Part shown: positions 38,659-50,100 of the stretch, in pieces | Layout: each line of letters starts with the position of its first letter | Numbering within the stretch: position 1 is the stretch's first letter | Assembly: GCA_026936335.1 (NCBI GenBank) | Contig: JAPMXV010000042.1 | Location: 496,001 to 560,000, forward strand | From: Mantamonas sphyraenae STR306 | Lineage: Eukaryota > Protista > CRuMs | DNA length: 64,000 nucleotides | Direction: 5' to 3' | Notes under the pieces: model-generated | Seen by the model: the letters and a program-made list of their open reading frames with translations, nothing else | Database searches by the model: none | What the model was told of the DNA's origin: nothing | Made by a program: the position numbers and the translations under genes

Positions 38659-38950
38659 CATGCCCACAACGCAGCGCAAACACGGGAAAGAGTGTGAGCA
38701 TGGGAAACGGGGGATGCGTAGCGGGGAGAAGAGACACGCACATCTTGGTGAGCAGGCGTGGATCGCCAGCGACCATGCGGTGCTGCCAAACAACGAGCAT
38801 GCGATGCAAATCCTGCAGGCGGTTAAAACACTCGCGCGAACGTGGGTTGGTCATCAGCGCCTCAAGAGCAACGCCCTGCAGCTGAAGGGCATCCTCCAGG
38901 CTGGCGTCGTGGAGACGCGAAAGCGCGGCTGCCGAGCTGCCGCCAACCAT
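36073..38950 (-). CDS. AP5Z1: AP-5 adaptor complex subunit zeta; introns 38621-38741 and 38118-38201; frameshifts at ~37142 and ~36605
   Basis: TPVSELDGETCTGFFTLLNYASHFEDDQMANVYVFSVLRRWL, FLRMAAWHP, LFHALLDLP, LSSLAKLAAKSQDLSQRVIICLAKI, RASELFRSLKMPSVASAIL are AP5Z1/SPG48 blocks. Confidence 0.88.
38626..38657. repeat. (TG)n microsatellite at the 3' end of AP5Z1 intron 1
   Basis: About 16 TG units. On the coding strand the CA run directly precedes the AAACAG acceptor. Confidence 0.9.
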
Positions 38951-38964
38951 TTCCCGGCTTTTTG

Positions 38965-41245
38965 ATGCGTTGGCCTTCCAGCCGCAGCACCTGCGCACTC
39001 CTGCTCCTTGCTGTGACTGCTTTGGCGATCGTGCATCTACCGCATGGCGCACGTGCTGCTCCTGCCTCATGTGGCCACACCTACAATATGACCGTGTGTG
39101 CTGGGCTCGTCGACTACCCATTCTACCTGCCCGAAAACTACACTTTTGCCATGCTCGAGGGCGCTGTACAGCTCAAGGCCGACAAATTACAGAGTGCCTA
39201 TCCGTCATGCCGCAAACAGGCCCTTGCCTTTGCCTGTGCCGCTGCGTTTCAGCCCTGCCAGGCGCCCTATCCGCTCCCCAAGCCGGCCTGCCGCTCCCTG
39301 TGTGTCAACACCACCAAGCTGTGTGCCAGCACCTTTCTCACAGCCGGAGTGCCGCTTACCGATTGTCTGGAGACCAATCCGTCCACAGGCGGCCAGCCTT
39401 CCTACCCGGAGGAGCACATCACGCTGGCGGTCCCGGGCGTAGGCAACGTCAATGTCACCTGCAACCCCATGCAAGCACAGACTGCATCTATCGAAGCACA
39501 CAACCCGTGCACACTGTACACAGGCACCCTCTGCAAGGGGTTTCTTGATCACGCCACACCGTACCTTGTGCCCCCAGGTAATTTTTGGCCAAACGAGCAC
39601 ACTTTGCGCCCTCCATTTTCTGCTCACCAGCCTTTGACACGCTTCCTTCCGCCTCCATGTCCCCACCCCGCACCCCAACACCACCCGCAACGCACGCTCT
39701 CATGCGCTCCTTGTGCCTGGTTTTGCTTGCACAGGCTACACTCCAGAGTCACTGGAGGAACAGGTGCGCGCCTTGCAGCGAAAGCTGAGCGTTGCCCCCA
39801 AAAAGTGTCGCGAGGCTGCCACACTCTATGCTTGCTCCCAGGCTTTCCGTCCCTGCACAACCAAAGCTGTGCGTGTGCCTGTGGCTTCACCCGAGCCGCA
39901 GTGGCCCCTTCCGTTCCAGCGCCCTCCGTGCCGAAGCAACTGCGACGCCGTCGTCGACCAGTGTGCCGCTCTGTTTGCTGCTGCAGGACAGCCGCTGCCC
40001 AACTGTGCTGCTGTCGACGCCGTCACACATGGGCCCGCCTTTCCCGTCAAGGAAGCAAACTACAGCGGAGTGCTGGTGGAGTGCAACAACTACAACGGCA
40101 AAACGTTTGCCATGCCGGCCGCATGCCCCAATGCTATGGTGCATGATGGCGCCACAGATGTGCCCTGTCACCTTTCCCTGTCCGCTGCCCATTTTTGACA
40201 AGCCCACCCTGTGGTCCCTCATCGATCTGGCCTCCGTGCTCGGCTGGCTCTCCTTCCTCGGCTCCCTCTTTGTCATTGTCACCCACTTGACATTTCCCCA
40301 CAAGCGCCAATTCCCGCAAGTCATGTTCTTGCACATGGCCTTTGCAGCGCTCCTCTTTTCTCTGGCCCCTGTGATGGCCAGCATCGGCGATCCCACACGC
40401 GATCTGTGGTGCCGCAACAGCTTCGAGGCTGCCACACTGACAGAACCTGCTTGTGGATTCCAGGCCTTTCTCATCCAGTTCTTTGCCCTTCAGGCAGCCG
40501 TGTGGTGGCTGTGCATTGTGGGGACGCTGTATGCCATTCTCGTGCTTGAGCGTCGCAACATCGGTCGCTATTTCAAAAGTTTATGATTCTCGCCGCGTGG
40601 GCCTTCCCGGGTCTGTTTACCGCTGTTGCTTTCATCAGCGGCCACATTGGTTACCACAACGGCTCGCTGTGGTGCTGGATCTCCGACGCTGACGATGGCT
40701 GGTGGCAGTACGGCCTCTTTTACATTGAGCTGATCAGTTTGGTGGCCGTGGGCACCTTTTTCACCTTTTCCATTGTGGCTCACATTAGCCGAGTGACAAC
40801 CAGGGTCAACCGCAAGAGCTCTGCCGCTGTGCGAGGACAAATCCGACAGGTGGCGTTTGCCCTGTGGATTCTGCTCACGCTCGTGTTTGTCTTTGCATAC
40901 CGTGTGAACGAAGCCACAAACGAGGACAAGTACGAGTCGGCTGTGCGTGCATACGTGGTTTGCCTGGTCAACAACGTCGACGAAAGTCTTTGTTCCATCA
41001 AGGAGCGGCCCAGCTACGTCCTCACCTTTCTCCACACCTTCTTTTTCACGGCCGTGGGTCTGGGTGTGTTCTTCATCATCGGCCTCACCGACGACACCAT
41101 CAGCTCATGGAAGGGCCTCATCGACAGAGTCCGAGGCCGCGCCCCACCGCCCAGTCCCCACCTCAGCAAGCAGATGTCCAGCGCGCGGCTGATTACACGC
41201 GAAACAGACAGTGGCAGCAGTTCGGGAAGCAATTCGAGGGCGTGA
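38965..41245 (+). CDS. Frizzled/Smoothened-like GPCR (Dictyostelium Fsl-type) with two tandem cysteine-rich domains; intron 39578-39734; frameshifts at ~40172 and ~40577
   Basis: Signal peptide; CRD1 CRKQALAFACAAAFQPC...PACRSLCVNTTKLC; CRD2 CREAATLYACSQAFRPC...PPCRSNCDAVVDQC; PCPLP linker; 7TM region with QFPQ, CGFQAF, WWLC, LWCWIS and the YVVCL...C motif. Confidence 0.85.
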
Positions 41246-41343
41246 CAGGAGGAAAGATGTGTGTGTGGGAAGGATGGGGGAGCCCCCAGGAAAACAAAGT
41301 GCAGCAATTTGCCCTGCCGCGTCCAATCTGTCCCTCGTCCTGA

Positions 41344-41931
41344 ATGCCTGCCAGTTACCTGAAGGTGGTCGAGAATGACGAAGCAAAGGGCCGCTTTGTG
41401 TTGCGGCAGACTCCGTACTGGTCTTGGGTGGCAGCCTGCTTCTGCGTGGTGGTCGGCGTAGGTGGCGCCCTTACGCTGGAGCTCGACACCACCACCACCC
41501 AGAACGTCATCCTGTGTCTCATTGCTCTGGGTATGGGCTATGTCACTGTTGCAGACACGGTCACAGTCTATCTGGATCTGCCCAAGCGAGAAATGGTTGT
41601 GGAACACTGGGGTCCGATGGCCACCACGCCCCGACGCGTCTATCCCATCGAAGAGGTGGAAAAGGTGTGCATTGAGGAACTCACCGTCTCGTCTAGTCAT
41701 GGATACCGCGTCCTCCTCTGCATGGCCTCTGGCATGCGTCTGCCATTGACCCGCGAGTTTCATCACGGGGGATCGCTCGAAGCCAACGACGCCGTCCAGT
41801 TGCCCAACCCTCTCCAGGGCGCCTCTCTTTCGCACAAACAGGTGGCTTTGCTTATCCACTCCCAGCTCGGCCTGCCAGATAACATCCTCGACGAGTCGTT
41901 GACGCCAGTCAAGGGAGTCAAGGGACACTGA
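41344..41931 (+). CDS. EROS/CYBC1-like two-TM + PH-like protein (NADPH oxidase chaperone family)
   Basis: YLKVVEN...RFVLRQTPYWSW, two TM helices, V.IEE..V...HGYRVLL.MASG.RLPLT...G, QVALLIHSQLGL parallel human EROS as recalled (YLQVE...LHLKRAP..RSW; VSVEEEKV...GYMVVLRLATGFSHPLT; AIAKLITSFLEL). Confidence 0.68.
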   Translation: MPASYLKVVENDEAKGRFVLRQTPYWSWVAACFCVVVGVGGALTLELDTTTTQNVILCLIALGMGYVTVADTVTVYLDLPKREMVVEHWGPMATTPRRVYPIEEVEKVCIEELTVSSSHGYRVLLCMASGMRLPLTREFHHGGSLEANDAVQLPNPLQGASLSHKQVALLIHSQLGLPDNILDESLTPVKGVKGH

Positions 41932-42034
41932 TCGCGGCCAACCTCCGCCTCCACGCAATGTACAGCAGTTCTCCTCTTTTCATGTTGCGAATCGCCACTC
42001 CAAAGTCTTTCATGCCACACGTGGCTTTTGCAGG

Positions 42035-43183
42035 ATGCGCCAATCGAGGCAGATCGAACGGGAGCACGGGCAAAGAATGAGCTTGCGAGAACTTCTCGGC
42101 GACGGGGCGGAAGACTGGAGCGACGACGAGGAGGAAGATGAGGGCGATTTTGAGCCCGAGGAGGATGACGAAAACGAAGACGACTTTGTTATTGATGAGG
42201 AGGACGAGGAGGGTGATGAAGAAGAGGCAGGCAAGGATACCTCGAAGATCGACGAGGAAGACGACGACGACGACGAAGACGACGACGACTTTGTGCCCAA
42301 TGCACACGACTATGCAGAAGACGGCGAGAGCAGCTACCAGGACAGCAGCAAGGATAGCAAGAAACGAAAGGTGGCTGACGTGACGGACCATCTCAAGGCC
42401 ATTGCCGAGGAGAAGCGACAGCGAGTGCTGGAAGAGCAGGCCGCTGAAAAGTTCAAGAAGCTCAGTGGCGGCGATGGCAGCACTTCGTCCATGTCTCTGG
42501 CGCAGATGCTCAAGGCACGCGGCAAGAAAAAGAAGAAAGACAAGAAGGAGCAAAAGAAGGGCGGCAAAAGCAAGAAAGACAAGGTCAAGGCCGGCGGGCA
42601 AGCCGATGCGGCTGCACTGGAAGCCGAACAGAAACGCAAAGAGGCTGCCAAAGCGGCTGCTGCAGCTGTGCTTGCTCGAAGCAAGGCCAAGAAGGAGGCC
42701 GCAGCCAAGCAGGGCGTCCTCAGCAGCCTGCGTGCCAGCCATGGCAACACTACCTCCTCCACGGGCGGCCTGAACATCACCTCCAACGTGCAATTTGACG
42801 AAGAGTCCGGCGACGTCGAGGGCATCATTGCTGCCAATCGCAAACAGGAGGAACTGCTCACTCGCTCGGCCTCACGTGAGGTTGAGGAGAAGGAACGCCA
42901 AGCACAATCACGTGATTTGGAGAGCAGTGTCGCAGAGAGCAAAACGGGCGATCTCGGCGGCATGCTTGACTCTCTCTCGGGAGACGCCAGCAAGACAAAC
43001 ACCGTCGAAAAGAGCAGACGTGACTGGGAGCGCTTCAAGGAGGCCCAGGGCATCAAAGATGACGTCGAGAACGCCGCCAAGGACGGCTATCTCGAGAAGC
43101 AGGATTTCCTTCAACGCACCGAGTGGGCTCAGTTTGAACATGCCAAGGAAGCACGCCTCAAGAGTATGCAAAAACGACGGTAA
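42035..43183 (+). CDS. CFDP1: BCNT/CFDP1/Swc5 (SWR1 complex subunit)
   Basis: Acidic N-terminus; C-terminal BCNT domain NTVEKSRRDWERFKEAQGIKDDV...KDGYLEKQDFLQRTEWAQFE. Confidence 0.9.
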   Translation: MRQSRQIEREHGQRMSLRELLGDGAEDWSDDEEEDEGDFEPEEDDENEDDFVIDEEDEEGDEEEAGKDTSKIDEEDDDDDEDDDDFVPNAHDYAEDGESSYQDSSKDSKKRKVADVTDHLKAIAEEKRQRVLEEQAAEKFKKLSGGDGSTSSMSLAQMLKARGKKKKKDKKEQKKGGKSKKDKVKAGGQADAAALEAEQKRKEAAKAAAAAVLARSKAKKEAAAKQGVLSSLRASHGNTTSSTGGLNITSNVQFDEESGDVEGIIAANRKQEELLTRSASREVEEKERQAQSRDLESSVAESKTGDLGGMLDSLSGDASKTNTVEKSRRDWERFKEAQGIKDDVENAAKDGYLEKQDFLQRTEWAQFEHAKEARLKSMQKRR

Positions 43184-43233
43184 CGCAGACAATTGCGCAA
43201 GTGCAGAAGGACAGTACAGACCATTTTTTTGCT

Positions 43234-46200
43234 TCATGCCGAAGCCAATCCAATGCGCCCCTCCAGCTCCTCGACCATCTCGTTCAGCACGCCTTCGTCC
43301 ACACCAGGGCCAGCATTCTCCATGTCGATGGCCTTCCACTCGCCTCCCAGCTTGGCCGCCCAGCTCTCCTTGCCAAACTTGGCCAGCACCGCCTGCAGCT
43401 TCTCCTCCTGCGAGCCCTCCTCGTGCATGACACTCATCAACTGCAAGCTCTTCCAAGCACGATCCACGCTCGCTTGGCTGTGCACGCTGTTGAGAAGCTC
43501 GTCCAGCAGACACGCGTACGCTGCCGGGAACTTGGTCAGGACGGGCATCACAAACGCCATCATCGGTGACTTGATCTCCTCAACCTTGGTGGCAAGCCCG
43601 CTGTCGTTCTCATTCTCCGCCCCAGGCATCGTCGTCACAATGCGCTCGGCCAGGAACTTCATCAACTGCGGCAACCCTGCGCGCTGCTCGCGCACCTGGC
43701 ACACGTCCTTGAGCACAATCGCCAGCGCGGGAGTCACGTCGTCGTCCACCGAGCCCACCAGGTGCAGCAGCGTGCTCAACAGATGCTCCACCACACTTTC
43801 GTCCACACCCACGTGGTTCAGCTGGTACAGCAGCTTGCAGGCGTGCGGAAACACACGCGCACGCAGCTTGGCGTTGTCCACCTTCAACAGTTTGCGCAGA
43901 CGCTTCACCATCAGCATGGCAAATCCCTCGTTGCACATGTAGAGTGCCAGGCTCTCGCTGGCGTAGCCCACTGCCAAAGTGGCCACCCCAATGCCCAGCT
44001 CTTCCACCTCTGCCTCCTCGGTTGCCTGCTCGTCCAGCTTGCGCTTGCGTCCTCGGTTGCTACTGCTGCTACTGCTGCTGCTGCTGGCCTGCTCTCCCAG
44101 CACCTGCGACGTTTGCAGCGCACTCACCGCAAAGTCGCACGCCCACGTAGCAATGTCCTGCAGGTTCGACGGAACCGACAACCACGACGACCCGTTGCGA
44201 CGCATCGACTTGCGTTCCTCTTCTCCTTCCTCGCTCTCCGCCTTGGCCTGTTCCTCCAGCAGTGCCATGTGCAGCGACAGCCGAAAGTACAGCGACATGA
44301 TCTCCACCAGCTGCTGGTTGCTCACAGCCTCCCCCGCCGTGCCCTTGGCCTTTGCCTTGGCCTTACCCTTGGCCTTGCTGCTTCCCGACGCTTGCTCCTG
44401 GCTGCTGTTTACCCGATCCTCCACAATCAAGAAGAAGCGCTGCATCGTGTCACACAGCTCGTTGCACCGTTCCGCACTTGTTTTCAGCTGGCGCCTCGCC
44501 GTCGGGCTTGACAGCAGCTGGTTGATCACATGCATGCATCGCTCCAGGCTCAACTCCGTGTCACTCACGTCTTGGTCCTTTCCTGCACGCTTGCGGCGTC
44601 CACGCTTGCTCTTGGGGCCGCTTGCCGCTTTCGTGGTGCTCAACCCGTTTGCAAACGGCGTCATGTTCTTGATCAGCAACTGCATGAGGTCGTCCGTAAG
44701 GCCCCACGCACAAAGGCACTCGACCAACGGCGCTGTCTGCGACACATCACACGTCGCCAGGCGCGGGAAGCAGTCGTGGCTCAACGTTGGCAGATCGCTC
44801 TGTGGCAACATTGCAGCCATGTTCAGCACAGAGGCACGTGCACTCACACTCGGATAAGCCTCCAGCAGCAACTGCATGTCGTTCTCGCTCACGAGCTCTG
44901 CCAGGCGTCCAAAGTGCTCTGCGTTTTCCTTGGCCTTCAGCTGAGGTGAGATCGACAGCAGTGCGTGTGCCACAATGTGCAGCAGCGACTCGCGCACGGC
45001 GCTGTCAGCAAGCACTGCTTGACTGCCCTCTGAACCCGCGTTGCCCTCATCGCCTTCCGTCTCCTCATCGTCTCGTCCGCGCTTGCGAGTCTTGCTCGCT
45101 TCCTCTGCACTCGCCGTCGACTTGACCAACACCTTGAAGCCAGCACGTGCGAACGAGAGCACGGATGTGAACGGCGCAAAGTTGTGCACGTGCGAAAAGA
45201 ACATAAACGCCGCGTCGGGGTTCTCAAGAATCATGGTCAGGCAACGCTCCAGCTGCGCCGCACGCGACTCCTCGAAAGGAAAGTACGACTTGCGAAGCAG
45301 ACACGTGATGCGCTTGCTCACCGTCGGCGTGTCCAGAGCCAGGCGGTACAGCAGCGTTTCCATGCTGACCACCTCGTAAAACGCAATGGCACGGATGCCC
45401 GACACTTCGATCAACAGATCCAGCATAGCCACACGCACACGCTCGCTGCTGTCGTTGATCAGCGGTGCCAGTGTGGGAAGGATGTCCTTCAGCGACGCCT
45501 GGCTCAGGTGGTTGCCCAGCAGGTACGTGAATGCCTGACACACGGCCACACGGACACCCACAGACGATCCGTCGTACGCCAGATGCGACGCCAGGTTCAC
45601 CAGGAACGTGTGGATCGTCTGGCCCGGAATCAGCTCCCAGAAAAGATTGAGGATGCGTGCTGTGCCCTTGATGGCCGCCATACGCACTGCAGGCGCAGAG
45701 TCGGACAGAAGCGAGTGCAGCAGGTCGACTTGCTTCTGCAGCAACGAATCGATCTCCTCGTTGCGCGCCTCGGGATCCTGCAGCGGGAACGCAGCAATAA
45801 ACACCACGGCAGCGTTCCTGCGCACCTGCCAGTTGGCTGCTTTGAGCGAGCGGAACAGAATGGGCTGGTACAGCTTCAGCAGCATGGCATCCACCCCCTT
45901 GATCTTCTTCTGCTCATGGAAGTACGACAGAATGCGCCTGCAGTTGGCTGCCACCGCGTTGCTCGCCACATGGATGGCACAGTGCAGCAAGTCCTGGATG
46001 CACTCGTGCTCAATGATTGACTGATACTCACCCGACGACAACTTCCACGCGCGGAAGTAGATGTCTGCCCAAGCGTTGATCATGGACGTCTTTGCAACCG
46101 GGATCTGGTTCTTGATCGTCACGTGGATGTCCTTGATAAACTCCGTATCCAATCCAAAGATGAAACACAGAAACTTGCGGCCCTCGATATGGCGCAAGAA

Positions 46201-47076
46201 ATGGGGCGAGATCAGACAACGCAGCAGCAGCGTCTTGAGTCCCTGCGACGACGGATCGCGCAAATCCATCTCCAACAACGCCGTACGCATCTGGAACACA
46301 CGGCGCATGTCCAGCTGTTTGGCTTGAGGGTTGGTTGCGCGGATCAGCAAGTAGCACACCGTCTGCGGCGTCAGAAGGATGCTCTGTGTTCGGTTGGTTG
46401 CGCAGAAAGCTTCGCAAAGCTTGGCAATGTTGTTCTGCAACTCCATGTACTCAACTCCATCCAATTGGAAGAGGATGTCTGCAGGTTAGTGCCACGCAAC
46501 CATCATCATGTGTCAGTCATGTCCGCCTTGGCTTTCCCTGCTTTCCCGTGTGAACGCTCACTCGCGCTTCCCGCCACGTTTGCGCGCCACTCACCGTGCA
46601 GTTCCAGCGCCATCTCAAACACGCCGTCTGCGTTGTTGGACGACTCGTTCACAAACTCGGATGCAATGAGGCACACGTGGTCCATGTAGTTGATGATATC
46701 CACGGTCTGTACAAGCGCCCACAGGGATCCGGGAGCGTGTCAGCACTTGACGTGTGGCAGGCCGTTGACGGATTTTTCCATTTTGGCGCGCTCCAAACCC
46801 TGGCAGCCCCACCCTTCCACTCTGCCATCCACAACGTACCTGGAATCCGTTGTCCGTCTGGCCACCTGCAACATAGGCCTGTGTGGCGATCAGTTCATGG
46901 ACAATCTTGGACACCTGGGTCCACAACGACCACTGCTTGCGCGAAAGCGTCTGCATCAGTTCACGCAGCGCCGGCACATGAGTGACAAACTTGTGCTGAC
47001 GCATGAACCCAGACAGCTCCGTCAGATCTTCCGACGTGATGGCCTTGATAAAGGCAGTGCGAATCTTGCCACTCAT
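43234..47076 (-). CDS. NCAPG2: Condensin II subunit CAP-G2; introns 46707-46839 and 46479-46594
   Basis: EGRKFLCFIF, IHVTIKNQIP, DIYFRAWK, IEHECIQDL, GVDAMLLKLYQPILFRSLKAANWQVRRNAA..F..AFPLQDP, DSSERVRVA. Upstream exons splice in frame. Confidence 0.9.
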
Positions 47077-47147
47077 GCTTGTGCTTGCGGGTTGTTTTTG
47101 GTTGCCGCGGGTGGCGCCAAGTCCTGTCCCATCCCAACGGCACCACC

Positions 47148-50100
47148 ATGCAGCACGCAAGGTACATCCTCGTCCTTGGTGCTCTGCTCGCTTTGTGCAT
47201 CCCGCAGGCATCTGCAGACCAAACAGCAGCCGTCCAGCAGGTCCTGGACGGCCTGCAGCTGCCTTACAACCCGGCTGCAAGCGTCTGCACCTACACGGGC
47301 ATCACCTGCACCGCAGGGCTGGTCACCTCCATCCAACTGCACCTGCCCAACACCACCACTGCCACACAGCGCACCCTCCATCCTGCCATCTCCCAGCTGG
47401 CAAACCTCACCCACTTCAATCTCTCCCGTTCGCAGATACACGGCGCTGTGCCACCGCTGCCCGTTGGCCTCCTTTCCCTCGACCTCTCCCACAATGCGCT
47501 CACTTCACTATCCACCACCCACCTCCGCTCTCTCCTCGCCCTCCGCCACCTCGACCTCTCCCACAACCAGCTGGTCGTCGACATCAACTGGCCCCCCACA
47601 AACGAGACCAGCACCTCTGGCGCCGGACAGCACATGTTTTTCGACGGCATGTATGCACTCGCCTACCTTGATCTGTCCCACAACCGCATCTTTGGCAACC
47701 TTCGCTCCATCCGAATCGAGAGCTTCATAGCAAACGCCCAACTGCATACCCTCAACCTCGCCCAAAACTCCCTCCGCGACTTTGCAGACCTCGTCAGCAA
47801 CCTGCCCAACCTGCGCACCCTCAACATCAGTCGGAACTCTCTCTCGGGTACCTTCTTCCTCGAGGTCCGTGCTGCCTCTCTCCTCGTCCTAGACGTCTCC
47901 CAAAACCGGCAGATCCTCGCAAACATCAACGAGGTCCTCCTTGCCGTTCCCAACCTCCAGGAACTCCACGCTGCCGGCACGAGCTTTACGGGCCTCCTGG
48001 GCGTCCCCTTTGTCCATCCCATCCAGGTCATCGACCTCGAGGACGCTGACCTCGGCGCAGTCCATCCCTCCATTGCAAACATGCCCAACCTTCGTGTCCT
48101 CGACCTCAGTGCAAACGACGCCGAGGGCTCCATCCCATCTGAACTCACCTCCCTCTCCAAGCTCGAGTTGCTCCACCTCGATCAAAACCGCTTCCAGGGC
48201 GCGTTTCCCCCCATCTCCAACTTCCCTGTTCTGCGCAACATTCACATAGGCTTCAACGCATTCAGCTCGGACATCAACACCGTACTTGTCTCTCCTCTCA
48301 GCACACAACTCCAGCACATCAACATGTCCTTCAATTTCTTCCAGGGCACGTTTCCCAAACAGCTCCTCGACCTGCCCAACCTCTCCGTCCTCTTCCTAGG
48401 CTTCAACCAGCTTGTGGGACCCCTTCCCCAAGGGCCTGTCAAAGCTCCCCTTCGCCTGGTTGATCTCCAGAGTAACCAGTTCACTGGCTCTGTGCCCCAC
48501 GCACTCGCAACCGTACCCACTCTCAACACCGTCTTTTTGGCCAACAATCTTCTCTCGGGCGCCCTCCCACAGGGCATGTTTGTGCGTCCAGAGTCCACCG
48601 AGAACCTGCAACTCGAGTATCGCTTCGACCTTTCCTTCAACCGCCTCACGGTTAACCCGCTCCCGCAGATTGCAGAATCCAACATCGGCCGCCTCAGCGT
48701 GCGCCTTCGCGGCAACCCGTTTGCTCCCATCTCCATCCCAGACACTCCCGACTGGGCCACCGACTTTACTTGCATCAACCTCGACCTCGGCAACACGCGT
48801 CTCGTTGGCTCAGTCCCGGCTTCTCTCGCCGCTGCCCACATGGCCGTCCTCGATCTGTCTGAGAACCGTCTCGAGGGTGTGTTTCCATGGGCTTCTCTTC
48901 GTAGGCCCTCCTCCCGCGCAGGCATAGACGCCTCCTCCTGCACCCTCCTCTCCCTTGTACTCTCCCACAACGAGCATCTGGAGGTGCCCCTTCAAACCAC
49001 AATCCACCCTTTCTACGGCCTCGTCGAGCTCCGCTTGGACAACGTTGACCTCTCCAAACAGACCTTTGAGACCCTATGGCAGCAGATGGACACCCAAGCT
49101 CTGCGCAACATTTCCGTTGCCTTTTCGCGAATTGCAGGCGAAGTGCCTCAGCAACTCTTTCGTACGGACCTCCTCTACGCCGACCTGAGCAGCTCCTACC
49201 TCACCGTCAACATCCCCACCTCCAACTGCAGCAACTCTCTGGCCGAACTCAACCTTCTGGGCACCGTCATGCAAGGAGTCGTCCCTTTCGATCAGCTCTC
49301 GCGCTCCCTTGAGAGTTTGGTCATCAGTCCGTCACTCGGCTCCACAATCACCGCCGAAATCCCTTCCTTCCCGCGCTCTGGCAATCCCTTCCTTCGTCTG
49401 CATACCCTGCGCCTCACCAACATCCGCACAGCCACGGGGGGCATGCAATTCAGCTTCTGCTCCCTGTTTCCCAACCTGCGTGAGCTGGATCTCAGTCGCA
49501 CTCGCATCAACTCACCGTTGTCCCCCTGCCTGAGCACCTTGCGCTTCCTCCAACGCCTCATAGTCCCTGACACGGGCATCTACGGCTGTTTGCCTCCTCT
49601 GGCCACCACGGATCTCATCCAGTCTCTCACGGCCATCGATGTGTCCAGCAACAGGCTGAACTGCTCAACAGACGAGCTTATGTCCCGCCTCACCCGCCGC
49701 CAGTTTGCCATCTCCGACTTTGTCGTGCGCTCGCCCGCCCTCCAAGTGTTTGAGGTTTCCGACAACCAGCTGCACGGCAACGTGGCTCCACTGTTGCAGC
49801 CGCTCAATTGGTTGCAGGTGGTGGCTGCCAACAACCCAGACATCAACGGCGAGCTACCCTCCCTCCCGCAAAGCGCCGACTACGCAAAGATTAGTCTTCA
49901 GGGCTGCCGCAAAATCACAGGCGACATTCCGCGCTCCATGCGACTGCTGGCCTCGCTACAACAGCTGGATCTGCGTGATACCCAGGTCCAACACAGCGGC
50001 ATCCCTGCAAACATGATTGAATCGCGACAGCGCATCCGTACACAGGCCAACTCCCTTGGTGGCAACCAAGTCAAGGCTACCGATGTATTTGTGGACTGTC

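Noticed and set aside
12940-40590. Euplotes-style programmed frameshifting or tiny introns as the explanation of the frame breaks
   Set aside because: No consistent AAA-stop or in-phase X XXY YYZ motif, both +1 and -1 shifts occur, and no GT..AG pairs flank the sites.
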